A stretch of 63,847 nt of DNA, the filler included, from Folioceros fuciformis (Eukaryota), in NCBI GenBank assembly GCA_049999805.1. It is 3 parts of 2 records of this genome, joined end to end, with 100 filler letters (N's around TTAATTAATTAA, not from the genome) between each part and the next. Parts side by side here need not be neighbours in the genome. Positions count along the whole stretch, not along the records: positions 29,257 to 61,130 come from JBNGIO010006249.1; 2 more parts are not named here. One strand, written 5' to 3'. The notes beneath the pieces were generated by a model. That model was not told the origin of the DNA. It worked only from the letters and a program-made list of their open reading frames with translations, and did no database searches. The position numbers and the translations under genes were made by a program. Shown one piece after another: positions 46,057 to 58,500 of the stretch (positions are counted from its first letter, which is position 1; every line of letters begins with the position of its first letter).

Positions 46057-47734
46057 ATGGCGCATTCGTTCGCGCTGCCGGTGCCGAATCTCGGGAGCGC
46101 GCCGTTGTCTGGGAGTAGTAGTAGGGGAAGGAGCAATGTAAGGCTGGTGCATTCTCGGAATTGGAGGAATTTGAAATGCTCGGATCCATCGGTGCGTGTG
46201 CCGTGCAGGGGATGCTGTGGTGTAGGAGGGAAGGAAGTGGGATTGGAGGTGGTGGGCTGTAGGCTAGGGGAGGCAACCGGGCACCCCTTTTGTGGGTTCG
46301 GGCTGTCTGGACGAGAATCGATAGGCCGTGAAGTTGGGTTGTTTCCCCAAGCTCGGGGGATTGATGGGCAGCGAATTGGGGGTGGGATGGTTGTGGAGGT
46401 CTGTAGGCTGGTGGAGCCTGGGATAGTTGTGGTGGATGGAAGGGCTGTTGTGTGTCTGGCGCTCTCCGCAAAAGGCTACACTGTGTTCGTCTGCTTTTTC
46501 TTTGAGGTGTTTCTTATACCGGCACTGGTTGCCTTGGTTGGGCCCTTACTGTTGTTGCCCCTGGTGCTGGTTCTCTTCAGTATTGGGATGTGTGTGCTTG
46601 GTTGGACCTTACGCACATTGGTTGGGGTGGTGCGGTATCTCTGGAAGGCAAGGGCTGGGAGACCCACTGTACTGAAGTTTCAGGTCACTTGCATCTCCGT
46701 GCTGTCTACTCTTTTTGTGTGGTCGTCACAGCGTAGCTTGGATGACCTAGTTGGAGGACAATGCTGTTGGTAGCTAGTTGTTGATTTTTTCTCTGTCGCA
46801 GGTGGGGCTGATGGGGAGAATTGATACTTTAGAGCTCGAAGTGAAACATCTGTTTAATGCATTTGCTGAGCCTCATCACATGCTGACAGGTATTTGGTTT
46901 GGGAGCTGTGTGGTGATGTCGCTTCTCCCATGTGTGCAGAGAGTCCAGAGGGTTTCAGAGGGTTTAAGAAGTTGAAAGTGGTTTCATTTTGGGAGCACCT
47001 GGCTTGTGCTGCAGATGCCATTATTGCGCTTCTTAGGTACTCAGACTACTTCATTGCTGCCGATCATTCGGTACTGATCTGTGCTCCTCTGCTCGTCCCA
47101 AACAATTCCACCAATCTTGCAGGCTATTTCTTTTCAAGCAGGCTCATCTGCTGCCTGCTAGCAGTAAACAAAACTGACCCTTCACCGTCCTGGCAGGTGT
47201 ACAGAAATAAGGATATGGTGGCGGTCGAAGAGAAGTTCACATACTACTCTCTTGAGGAGCGGGGAATGAGGGATGAGTCATGGGAAGAGTTTCGGCCCTC
47301 GGGATTCCGATCAGGATACAGGCCGCCCACCGGCGAGGATGAGAGATTCAGGCATCTGGTGGTAAGCTGTCCTGCAAGAACTCGTTGTCGCTAGCGCTAG
47401 GTCTTGAGTTTTTTCCACCACCATATGTTCACATTATCTTCTGCAGGTGACTGTGGTCGTAGTAGCCAAAGGCAACCGGAAACTTGTTGAGATGAAGGAG
47501 GCCAAAGACATCGAGGAAAACCTGAAGCAGCTAGGATGCATCAAAGCGGATACTATCCAGGTATGCCTGTCTCTTGTTTTTTTTTCCCAGGTCTTAAAGA
47601 CGCCAACACCCATTTGGGTCCTTGCCTAGGTAGCTCATTATTCTCTGTGCATGCAGAATGTGGGTGTGTTCTGCACACCCTTCAGTGATCAATTCAAGAT
47701 GGCCCTGAAGTATCCGAACCTGAAATACTTCTAG
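46057..47734 (+). CDS. divergent DUF1517/FLAP1-like plastid membrane protein, multi-exon
   Basis: Transit-peptide-like N-terminus and a hydrophobic TM segment, then TVLKFQVGLMG, AIIALLRYSDYFI, EEKFTYYSLEERG, HLVVTVVVVAKG, LKQLGCI, VGVFCTP and KYPNLKYF*, paralleling DUF1517. Confidence 0.75.
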
Positions 47735-48186
47735 TGTAACGGTACTATATGTCCATAACAGTTATGTAGTTCCAGTTTAGGATAGACTTTAGACTGACAC
47801 TTGTACAAATCTGTGCCACAAGGTTGTCTAGATTGCTTTCTATTTCTCGTCCATTGGCTATACTTAGTTGTCACTGTACGGTCCGACAGACTGTACGGAA
47901 TAACGTGAAACCCTAGGAATCGTTGCCTACACGTGTTGTAAAGTCTTTGAATGGCGATTTCCAAGTAGGCCTCTGGCCTGGTTAGACGCTACTATTTTCC
48001 TTAGGCGCTTGCATCTTCGTTGTTTCAGTCGAAGAGATACCTATATTCGAGACACAAGCCGAGGGCGATATACATACTGTATGTACATATTTTTCTTTTG
48101 CATTTGAAGTTGGGAAGACCCACAAAAGGCTGGCCATATTTGCATCGCAGGTCTCCTCGAGGAAAAGGAGGTGATGACTTGGTACT

Positions 48187-49600
48187 ATGGCTCACGAAGG
48201 GGGAGGACATGGCAGAAAAGGCAGCAGGCCTAGTGGGTGGTCGGATTTCACCCGCCAGCGTCGCAGAGCAGGAGCAGCAGCAGCAGCGCGAGATGTAGAT
48301 GAGTTTCCATCCCTGGGGAAAGCTGTGGGGGATGGCAGCAGTAGTAGGAGGGAAGGCTCAGTGCAGGAGACTGAGACCTTTGCAGCAGTGGCAGGGAAGG
48401 GGGTCCCTGCTCCGAGACAGAATCAACAAGATTCGAGGACGAGGCAGGACGATAAAGATGCGAGCTTGGAGCAGGAGGCGACAGCCCACGAGGCAGCTCT
48501 CGCGTATTTGAGCTTACGCTACCCCTGGGCGGAGGGCTGCCTTTTGCAAGATGTGTTGGCCAAATTCGGTGGCAATGAAGAGATGGGTGCTGCGTGCCTC
48601 GACTGCATGACGGCGGAATCCCATACCTCGCACTCCGCTCCCGCAGGCACGCACAGCCCAGCAGAGGAAGCAGGGCCCGAGGCATCACAGCGGGAGGATG
48701 TGTACTGGAAGTACCGGAAGGCGGCCATCCGAGCCACCAGGTATGGTGCATCAGCATCCCGCACCCGCACCGGCTGTTTTCGTTTTGTGGGCGCGAGGAT
48801 ACCCGTCCCTTGTGTTGCAGAGAGATTTGACAACCCGCTCCTCCTGTCCCTGTTGTTGAAACCAGGGCGAGCCAGAAGCTGGGTCGAGGAGCAACCAACG
48901 CCTACGCCGCCGGCCAGCATAGTACTGCAAAGCTGCTGTCCGCGGAGACTGGTAAGCAGCGGGCGCTAGCCAAGGAGCTGAACCAGCATGCAGCGGAGTG
49001 CATTTTCCGAGAAGTGAATCCCCAAGGGCAGGCGCAGCTGTGGAGCCTGGATCTCCACGGCTTGCACGCCTCCGAGGCCGTAGCTGCGGTGGAGGCCAGG
49101 TTAGCAGAGATGGAGACGCTGCCGGCCACAAATCCGGCGGCAGCACTGTCTCCCAAGCGCGTGGATTCTGACCACCGCCCTCCTCGCCAGGTGGCCGCCA
49201 AGCCGCGGAGGCTTCCAAGGCAATTAAAGATCATCACAGGTTGGTATTACCTGCCTAATCTGCCATTTCCCTTTCCACTGATGCGGGAAAGGCAGGCCAG
49301 TTTTCATTAACCGACTGCCGTCCACACCGTCCTCTACAGGAGTTGGAGCACACAGCAAGGGCGGCGCTTCCATCCCGTTGGCCGTCAAGAAGTTTCTGCT
49401 AGACAACGAGTGAGCACGACCTGCCCGTCTCTCTTGCTTCCTGTGCTATTCTGAGAATTTTCACGTCACTCCCGTGCCACCCAAGGCCAGCTGCTCTGCT
49501 AGAAGGGACCCAACTGGGCCTGGACGTGTGCAGGTACAGATTCGAGGCACCCCAGGATGGCGTGTTCAGCGTTCGGCCAAAAGTTCGGTACCGATCGTGA
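48187..49600 (+). CDS. CUE-like + DUF1771 + SMR (small MutS-related) domain protein, multi-exon
   Basis: YPWAEGCLLQDVL, EDVYWKYRKAAIRATR...AKELNQHAAECIF, LDLHGLHASEAV, LKIITGVGAHSKG...AVKKFLLDNEYRFEAPQDGVFSVRPK. Confidence 0.88.
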
Positions 49601-50894
49601 CCAAACGGAATAATGTACCATATGTACATGTGGACATCCTTGGACTGCCTCCATGTATCTTCAACTGTACCCAATTCTTTGCCACATTGGCCATGTACAT
49701 ACACTATGGACCTACACGGATTTGCCTTTGCAGAAAAAGTTATTGTACAGCCGTCGGTAATCCATCCCAACAGTAGCATGAAGAATTGATATGAGCTCTT
49801 TCTCTTCTTATTCTTCATCCCACCAAAAGCATAGAGCTTTGATCATCCCACTATTTGGAACATGTGATCGAACTGTGAGAGATTACCAACCTCCTTCAAT
49901 GCCTTGGAATATGTATTTGAACTATGAAAGACTACCACCTCATATATAGCTCTTGAATAAAGATGCCATGACACCAATCTCCCTCATCTTCATTTGCTTC
50001 TTCCTCAACTAGTTTTGTATCCCTTCTACTTTGTTGAGTGGCCCTTTTTTCCATTGTTCTTCGTAACATCTTCTTCCTTATGGAACGTGTACCTATTTTC
50101 TTAATCATCATTCACAATGACACAAGCTTTCTAGAAGTGCTGGGTTGGATATGAACTAGTTCATCAGAATGTTGCACTTACTGCTAGGTAAGGTGGATGT
50201 TTGCCCTCTAATGTGTAGAGGGATCAGCAATCCACCAACAACGGAGCTGCTCAATTTCTGGCCTCATATGTTCATATCACTATCCTTCTTCCGGGTGGAT
50301 ATTAAAAACAAAATCCTTTGTCAGGCCTGATCTTGTTCTCGTACTTATGATTCCTCGAAGAGCCGGGGCTGGGGAGGGATAAGGGTCAACGGTGGAGGTG
50401 GGTAGGGCTGCCCTGTTGCAATCCACGGGGCCCATGTTCCGGGCGAGTTGAATGAAAGAGGCAGTCTATCTCAACCTTGCATGTACTGTACAAACATTTT
50501 CTGTTACGTCTCGGGAGGGCAGGCTAGTTTGAGTGCAGTCTATGGCCCATTGGCCCATTGGGCCGAGGGGCCCGGGATGGACTCAGACCAAGCTGGGCCC
50601 CTCTTCGCTCCAGTCCCAGCCCCGCCCCTGACTTGCAACATAGCTGTCAGAGTAGCTAAATCTGATAGGCTTTCGATGCCATCACGTTCCAACAAGCCAA
50701 GTGGAGGATTCGGAAAGCTTCCCTCTTGCCATTTAAGCCCCCACAGAGTTCCAGACCGGTTCCCTCCTGCTGGTGCTGCGCTGTCTCGCGGGCACGGAAT
50801 GCGCCTCCTGGATTGCGCCCGGTAGCAGCGCCCGCTGCCATTGAGCTTATAGGCTGGTTTGGAATTCCTGGGTTCTTGGGTTTCTGACGTGAAG

Positions 50895-53320
50895 ATGGCG
50901 AGCTGGTGGAAGGGCTGGATCTCGGCATGCGCGCTGCTGGGCTGCATGGTTGTGTTGGTCGCCGGTAGCGAGCTGGGCTGCCTCTCCACCTACGATCCTG
51001 GTACCAATTACTTCAGCTACCTCACGGGGAACGTCACCGGCCAGTCCTTCGTGCTGCCCATCAATCTCACCATCGTTGATACTGCTAACGACTTTGCTGT
51101 CTCCTACGGGCCTTCCTGGAAGATTGCCAGGAACTCCCGCCGCGCCGCCAACTACCTCTTGAGCCAGGTCTTTTTGTGGTGCACCGTGTGGATTCTCTTG
51201 TTTGTGGGTTTTGGATGGCTGTCCGGGATTTCGGAATCTTCCTCGCTTCCGTGCAGTGCGGAGCTCCTACGCCCAACAAGCTGCAGCTTGGGCTCAACAG
51301 CAGCTCGCTGCAGTTCCAGATCCCTGCGGCGAACTACAGCATCGACACCGATATTCCTGGTATTTTCCTTTGCTGAATCTGCTCTGAGTTCAGCCCAGGG
51401 ACGAATGCTGCTGCCCTTTCCCCTTTCGTGACTCTCTGAAATGTTGCGTCTGCTGTGAATCTGGGTGCAGTGGCTTTTTTGGAGGTATGGAATCCATCTT
51501 CTGCCGGTGCTGCGCCTGCCTTTGTGGGAGTCTTCTTTTCGTTGTTGTTGTTGGGTGGCTGGAAGGAGGGACTGACCAGCGCGCTCGCAGCTACTGGGGG
51601 GCTTGAATGTCTTGGCAGGAATCGACAGCAGCGTGCAGATCGTGTCCCCGTGCCTGCAGAAATACGTCTCTCAGAGCCTGGTGCAGTCCATCAACGCCTC
51701 CGACCCTAGCGTGACGGACGCGTACGCTGCGCTCTTCAGCTCCCCTTATGTGGGAGCGCCTGCCGACAATAGGACCAACCTCGTGCTGTTTGATGCCACC
51801 CTCGACCCGGGGCCTTTGAAGGTGTGCAGTCTATCTGCTGCTACCTCAGTGACCAGTTCTGTTGAGAAGAACATTGGGAAGAGACTTTCATCCTGTCTTC
51901 TGCTGTGGATGTCTGTCTTTGTAGCGTGCAGAGTGGATCAAGTTCATCGCCACGTTTCTCAACCTGGAAGAGAGGGGATACCTTGTTTATGAGAATGTGA
52001 ATCTCTTCTTCTCCCTCCTTGCTTGTGCCGATCGTAAGGTTGTCACCATGTAGCTAACTGTTCTTGTCATCGATGCGTCGCGTGCTTGGTGCTCACAGAT
52101 CCGAAACACCTACCAGTGCTATAATGGATCCATGAGCAACTCCTCCGCCAAGCCAACTGTGGCTTGGATGAACTACTTCAGCGTGAGTGTGACCCACCAC
52201 TCTAAGCTGTATTTCCTCCACTCTAAGCCTGCTTAAGAGTTCCTTGCAACTGGTGGATGATTCCAAACATACGTCTTGCTGTGTCAGGATGTGTGGACTC
52301 TGGAAACCCCTGCCTACAAGCTGCAGGTATCCCTCGTTCCGTGCCTCCTCCTGAGCAGCGTCTCTTCGTCGCCAGCTTACTGGATGATCGTCACCCTCTA
52401 ATACTGGTACCTCTTGATCCAGCTTGTCTCGGATGCAGGTGGTTGGAACCTGAACGTCAGCCAGTCTATGTACAACATGACGAACCCAGCAGACGTGATT
52501 GCTTTCCACAACGTGCTCAAGGTACTGCTCTCTTCACGACATTCACACTGTGGAAGCCTGGAACTGCAGCTGCCAAAAACAAAGTGAATCTTCACAGACA
52601 CTCACTTACTCGTGGATGGACTACTTCGATATCACGTCCAGACACTGAACGTCATCCTGGACGACTCGTACGCCATGTACCCGCCGGACTACAAGTTTGC
52701 CAACTTCTGCAGCAACGCCAACATCAGCATCAACGACCCATCGTTCCCTTTCCTTGTCAACCAGAGTGTGTGGCGCAACGACAAGCGACTTGGAGACTCT
52801 CTGGGTCTAGGTGAGCTCGTCGTTTTTCGTCTTCGTGCTCATCCATGTTCCAAAGCGTCTCGTCTGCGCCTGCATCAATTTCTTGATCCTGGTCTCAAAT
52901 GGGTGGTGGGCAGATTGGTTTGAAGGTGCAGTGGCCCAACCACAGATCGTGCTACGCGATCTATTGGGGATATTCTACCCCAGCCTCAAGTACGGAGTGC
53001 CCTACTACTTCCGAAACATAGCCAAGGTGGCTTCCACTTCTGTCAAGCTCAACCTTCGTGACGATGGCTTCATTCTCACTGACGGTGTGACTGACTTGCG
53101 GCCCATTGGCTTCTGCTGTGCCCAGGACGAAGCTGTCGTGATGACATCATCCGAGGGATGCTCAAGGACAAGCAACCAAGCGTTGGACCCAACTGTATTT
53201 GTTTGTCCTTCGTCGTCTTCTCCCACCAAACCGAACAGTGCCTTTTCCACTGCAGCGGTTCCCAGCTTGTTTGGCCTCCTCCTGGCTTCCACGTTGCTCC
53301 TGGGTGTTACGGTTGGATGA
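50895..53320 (+). CDS. secreted, probably GPI- or TM-anchored periplasmic-binding-fold protein of the CBA1 (cobalamin acquisition)-like family, multi-exon
   Basis: Signal peptide, then CLSTYDPGTNYF, DFAVSYGPSWKIARN, YLLSQCG, FLELLG, SPCLQK, DPGPLKRAEWIKFIATFLNLE, KPTVAW, AYKLQLVSDAGG, VWRNDKR, DWFEGAVAQPQIVLRDL and YFRNIAK, ending in a hydrophobic tail. Confidence 0.8.
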
Positions 53321-54042
53321 CATGACTTTCTTCTTGTTCGTCCTTAAAATTACAGAAGGAAAAAAAAAACTACTTCCTTTTTCCTTTTGGTTTTGGCCAT
53401 CTCTTGGGTTGAGAGGTGTCACAATGTGTACGAAGAAGAGCAGGATGACCTCGTGGTGTCTGGCCTTGCATTGTACCCACCTTATAATTGCTTTTGGCCT
53501 GTGTCTTTCCACCACCACGCGAGCTTGTGAAGCACCGGATAGATCGGTCCGGTACTCATATCACTCAAATTTTGGTATTATGCCAAAGATAGTTCGTTAA
53601 GGCGAAGAACCTGCTGTTGTGGCGATTCGATTCGCATCTGTCATAGCTAAGTCGAAGAATCTGCAGATCAGGGCCGGTCACCTTCACCAGACACGCTACA
53701 GAGCAGCATGGCCAACATAAACGGCAAGCCGACGACTCTGGGACAACCTAAAATGGAAAGAGCGTCAGTAGCTTCTGATGCAGCCTCGGAGGGGGAAGAG
53801 AAAGCTGCCACGGACGTAGCATCCGTGGGAGCTGCACAGCAAAATCGAAGGCAAGAGGTAGAAGGCAGCCAAATACTGTCTACCAGAGAAGGGTACTTAG
53901 CGAGCAACTGATTCCGTGAAAGCTAAATTCACCGATTTGTAAGTGATTCCAATGTATGGCTAATTGCCATATGTGTACACATTACAATTAATTGTCGAGA
54001 GATCGTCAAGCTACTCCACCGTTCGTTGTAAGACGCTGGTTC

Positions 54043-54869
54043 TCAGACAGATGGTCGCACTCCCAGTATATCTTGAGCGCTTCTTAGCCTGCCGCGCGTC
54101 TCCTCATTCTCTTCGTGTAAGGCGAGCAGGGTCTGTATCTCTTCCTCCCACTTTTCTTGCTGACTTAAGTACAGTCTGATAAGACTCTTAAGAATGAACT
54201 CACTCTCGCCGGAATCGGGAGCATCGAAATACCTTTCGAGTGTGAGATCGGAAGCATCAAATCAGCGGTCGTGCTCCAACCTTGATAAGGATACAGAAAA
54301 ACTTTTTCCTCGAAATCCCTTGCTACCTGCTGAAGCTGTTCTTTACCAGCGTCTACAAGAATAGACACCTACAGGAAGGAATCCGGTCACAGGGAAGCTC
54401 CGATGCATCGTCATTGATCATCAGGTGTGGAGGCCGTACCTACCTGCTGAGTGAAATTATCCATTTTCTGGCGTATTTGTTGAATAATTGCGTCCATGCC
54501 AGTGTCAGCCTTGGCTTGCAGGGCCTCCTTGTAAGCTCCGTCCGGACTGGCATCATTAGTCTGTGGCTGCTTGTCCATTCCTGCAGTTTGATTGATAGCA
54601 AACTGCGATGTCGGGCTACTGTTTGGCAGCCTGTCATCAGATTGACCGTCACTCTCACTCGAGCCCTGCTGCTGCAACTTTTCAAGTCGCTGCCAATCAG
54701 TACATACGCTATAAAACACCCCTGGCCGCATTACACGCACCCGACCTATGCCTAGGACACCGCATCAAATCATGACAGAGAACGTTGTCAGCAGAAGAAG
54801 CCGTACACGCATTTTCCGCTTCCTCGACAGTGTGAGCCCCGGAGAATCTGATCTGGTAGGACTTTCCAT
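54043..54869 (-). CDS. small coiled-coil nuclear protein, KNOTTED1-binding protein 36 (KNB36)-like, 4 exons
   Basis: Spliced translation: MESPTRSDSPGLTLSRKRKMR|RLEKLQ...MDAIIQQIRQKMDNFTQQ|VSILVDAGKEQLQQVARDFEEKVFL|LYLSQQEKWEEEIQTLLALHEENEETRGRLRSAQDILGVRPSV*. Confidence 0.72.
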
Positions 54870-55516
54870 GTGCACTTGTGCTGCTTGCCATTGCAAACAT
54901 GAGAAGTCAGCCCTGGAAGAAGTGCTAAAATTAGAAGGCCTTGTACACCGAGGAAAGACCTTGCAATCTCATTCTCAGATAGCCAAATTACAGATTGCCT
55001 CCTGAGCCTAAGCCATGCGACTCACAATTTCGTTGATACAATTTCAAAACAGTACAGCTAGTTCCGTTGATTCCGAACTAGTTGTGCGCCTGTCAAGACT
55101 GGAAGAAAGCGCTTGCTCAGAAGTGAGGCCCTGCCGCCGACGATCCCATATGGTAAGAGGCGTTCATAGAGTTCACGGCATACCAGGTAACAAACAGACT
55201 GCATGCAATTAACCTGTCCCCAGAGCTAGATCGGGAGTGAAGGCAAAGAGGAAGGAAGGACACTTGGAATCGCGATTCGCGAGTTGGTCACTTCGACACC
55301 AAAAACCTCATACCCGGTCCCGCCTTATGTTTCCATTGGGGACAGGCCGGGCAGCCCGTGACTTGCTTTGAAAGAAGGCATAGACGATGCTGTGTCGTTC
55401 ATGTCAGCATGGACAGAAGCGGCTACAAGTGGAATAATTCAATTCCCCTGGGAAGAGCACAGCGCGGGCTGATGCAATTTGCGGAGTCTCAGGATGCGCT
55501 CAACGCTGCAGCTCGC

Positions 55517-58500
55517 ATGGCGACGGCTTCCAGGTGATTGTCGCTTGAAATTGGACTGCCAATTGTGCCAGTCCAAATTTCGTCAGTTTTTGTGAATTTT
55601 GTGGGGCGGGGACAGTAATTTCTGCTACTGCATACTTTGCTATGGGACTGGTGGCACCCAGACAATGATGGTGGAATGTTTTCAATGCTGCAGAACATGC
55701 TGGGATGGCTGGCCGGGCTGGCCATTCTGCCACCTTGGTCGGCAAACGAATGTTTGTTTTAGGCGGCCGCAATGGAAAGGAGTATTTGAACGATCTGTGG
55801 GTGTTTGATACGGAGCTGGAAGTGTGGGAGCAGCTGCAGCGTGCTCCTTTTGCACCGCGAGCGTACCATACTGCGACTTTGGTGGCCAACAACGAGGTGT
55901 GGGTGATCGGAGGCACCAGTCAAAAGGATATGCTTGGAGATGTTCATGTCCTCAACACAGACAGCTTGAAGGTAGTTGTCTGAATACACATTCCGTGTGC
56001 TACTAGATCGTGAAGGAATATTGGGAGAAGGTGTTGGTTTGGCAGAGCATTGGGTATTTCGCTTGCCTCCTCCAGTAGCTTATGACGTTGTTCGTGCTAC
56101 AGTGGTCAAGTCCAGAAACCAAAGGCTTGATTGCGAACATGCTTCGTGGAGCTCATGCAGCCGTCGTCCACCCGATTCGCAAAAATGCCATCCTCGTGTT
56201 TGGTGGATATGGTGGCAACAGCGACAACGACCGCACGTGGTTGAAGGACCTTGCAATTCTGCATACCGGTATACTCTCACTGCCTCCTTATTGATGTTGT
56301 GTGAAGTTCGGTTCTCAGAAGGTAGTCTAGCTGAACCTGTTGTTCCACGACTTCAGATTCCCTGGAGTGGGAAGAGGTAACGCCCATAGGGAAAGCTCCA
56401 GGTGAGCGAGGGTATCACACCTTCACTGCTTTTGGCACAAAGGTTGCCCTCTTTGGGGGTAAGGGAGCGACTGGCGATATATCTGCTGGCATTCTGAGGT
56501 TTACTGTTGGATCCATCAAGCATTTGCTGGAGTCAGTCCTTAAGTGTGGTTTTAGGCTTCTCAGAAGATACTGGGCTCTTTGTTTTGTGTGACATGATCG
56601 TACCCACGTCGTCACTTGTGCTCTTCAATCTATTTGCAGTGTCTACGATACGGTGGAGAACAAGTGGACATTCCCCAAGACTAGAGGAGTATCACCGTCA
56701 TCAAGATCTAGCCATAAAGCCACTCTGATGGGAAGCAACCAGATTGTAGTCCACGGTGGAAGAACCTTGGAGAAGAGACTTTTCGACACCCTTGTCCTAC
56801 AGGTGATTGGTCTTCTGTTGAAACGATCTATTGCTCGCCGAATTTTACCAAACAAACACGTCCTTGTTGCTCAGGTTCATACAGCGCAGTCTGCCCGGGC
56901 TTCTGCTTCATACAAGTGTGATGTGTCTGCAATTTCGCGAAGAGCTCAACATTCTGGTCACAAGTCCGTTGGAGAACGCATTGTCAATGCTGCTTTTTCT
57001 CACGACCCTCAAGGACGAGCAGCACACAGCTTGGTGTCAAAAGATAGAAGCCTTTACGTCTTTGGAGGATATGGTGGCAATGGTTAGAAACGAGTCACTT
57101 TGGTTCAGTGTGTGTGTGTCTAAACTCAGCTCTGCTTGAGTGGTGTTTCTCACGTGTTGAGGCGGTGTGCAGGCAAATATTTTTCTGATGCATATGTAGT
57201 GCAAAGTTTCCCTGAACTGCCAGGTCCCCGTAAACTTCTATAAACTCTTTACTGTCAATGAAGATCAGCTATCACATGAGCTGTAAGCCGTACCCACAAG
57301 TTTTGTGGTATGGGTGAACGGACCCTAAACACCGAAATGGTCTTCCTGCTGTTGTAGGTGTTGGAAGAATGAATCGCCTAAATAAAACACCAGTCATTGT
57401 CTCAAAGTTCCAGAGGCTCTTGGAACGAAGAGAGGAGGACCAGGAGCTGGATACTGAGGGTTGGCGTAGCACTAAACGAAGACGAGTGCAGGTGAATGAT
57501 GGTGGGTTTTGTTTTTCGGTCTGACCGCTGCACTGCACTGTTACCCTCTCTAGAGGAATGAATGCATGCGTTCTATCCCTGTTAACGTTTAGACCCTGTT
57601 GACCAACCCATCACCAGGACATCAAGTAACAGAGCAGTTTGAGTCGACGGAAAATGTACAGCCTCCCAACATGGACCATGTGATCCGAGACTGTTCCCGG
57701 ATGCAGCAAGGAAATGATCATGCAGCAGAGGAAGGTGCACCTCTACCTGCTAGTAGGAGGATTGAACAGAGGCTCGATGCCATTCTGGGAAGAAGTAATC
57801 CTCTTCGGCAGGGTCAGTCTGTGTGGATCCCACCAGATCGTGGAGGATTGTCTGATGGCCATGATGTGAGCTAAGATGTATTTGTTCAATTACGTGTCAT
57901 TGGATTTCAGTTTCAAAACTGAGGAACCTGTCATCCGTGGTCCACTTCAGGTTGTAACTGGAGACTTGAAGCTGCGTGCTCTTGAGATGGAGAATCAAAA
58001 GCTCAAAGAGACCGCACACGCAAAAGATCAACGCGTAGTGACCCTAGAAGCTGAAAACTTGAAGCTGAGATCTGGCATTGATCAGCGTGTTCAGGATCTT
58101 GAGGTAGAGATAGAAAGGCTGCACTCGAGACTGCGGGCAACTGAAACTAGAGACGAAGCTTTGGACATAGAAAACAGAAATTTGAAAGCAAATGCTCAGG
58201 TATGTGTATATCATCCGAATCATGCAGGTCAAATAGCTTTATGCTCCTTCCATCAGCTCCAGGATGCTACTAAATCCTATTTCGTTCTCTGCTCAAGCAT
58301 CTTCAAGTCTTCCGACTGTCAGTAATAAGGTTAGTTCAGTTTTGCAGGCGCAGTTGCTGGAGCTACATGAAAAAGAAAGACGGATCATGGAGGCGGGTTC
58401 GAAGATGAGCATATTAGAACAAAAGTTAGAACAAAAGTCTGCAGAGTTTCAAAGGTAAGATGCAGCAACACGTCGCCCCGCAAGTTCTGCTCGTGTCAGA

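Noticed and set aside
50541-50576. Clustered GGCCCA/TGGGCC site-II-like motifs upstream of the CBA1-like gene
   Set aside because: Plausible promoter elements, but too short and common to support from sequence alone.
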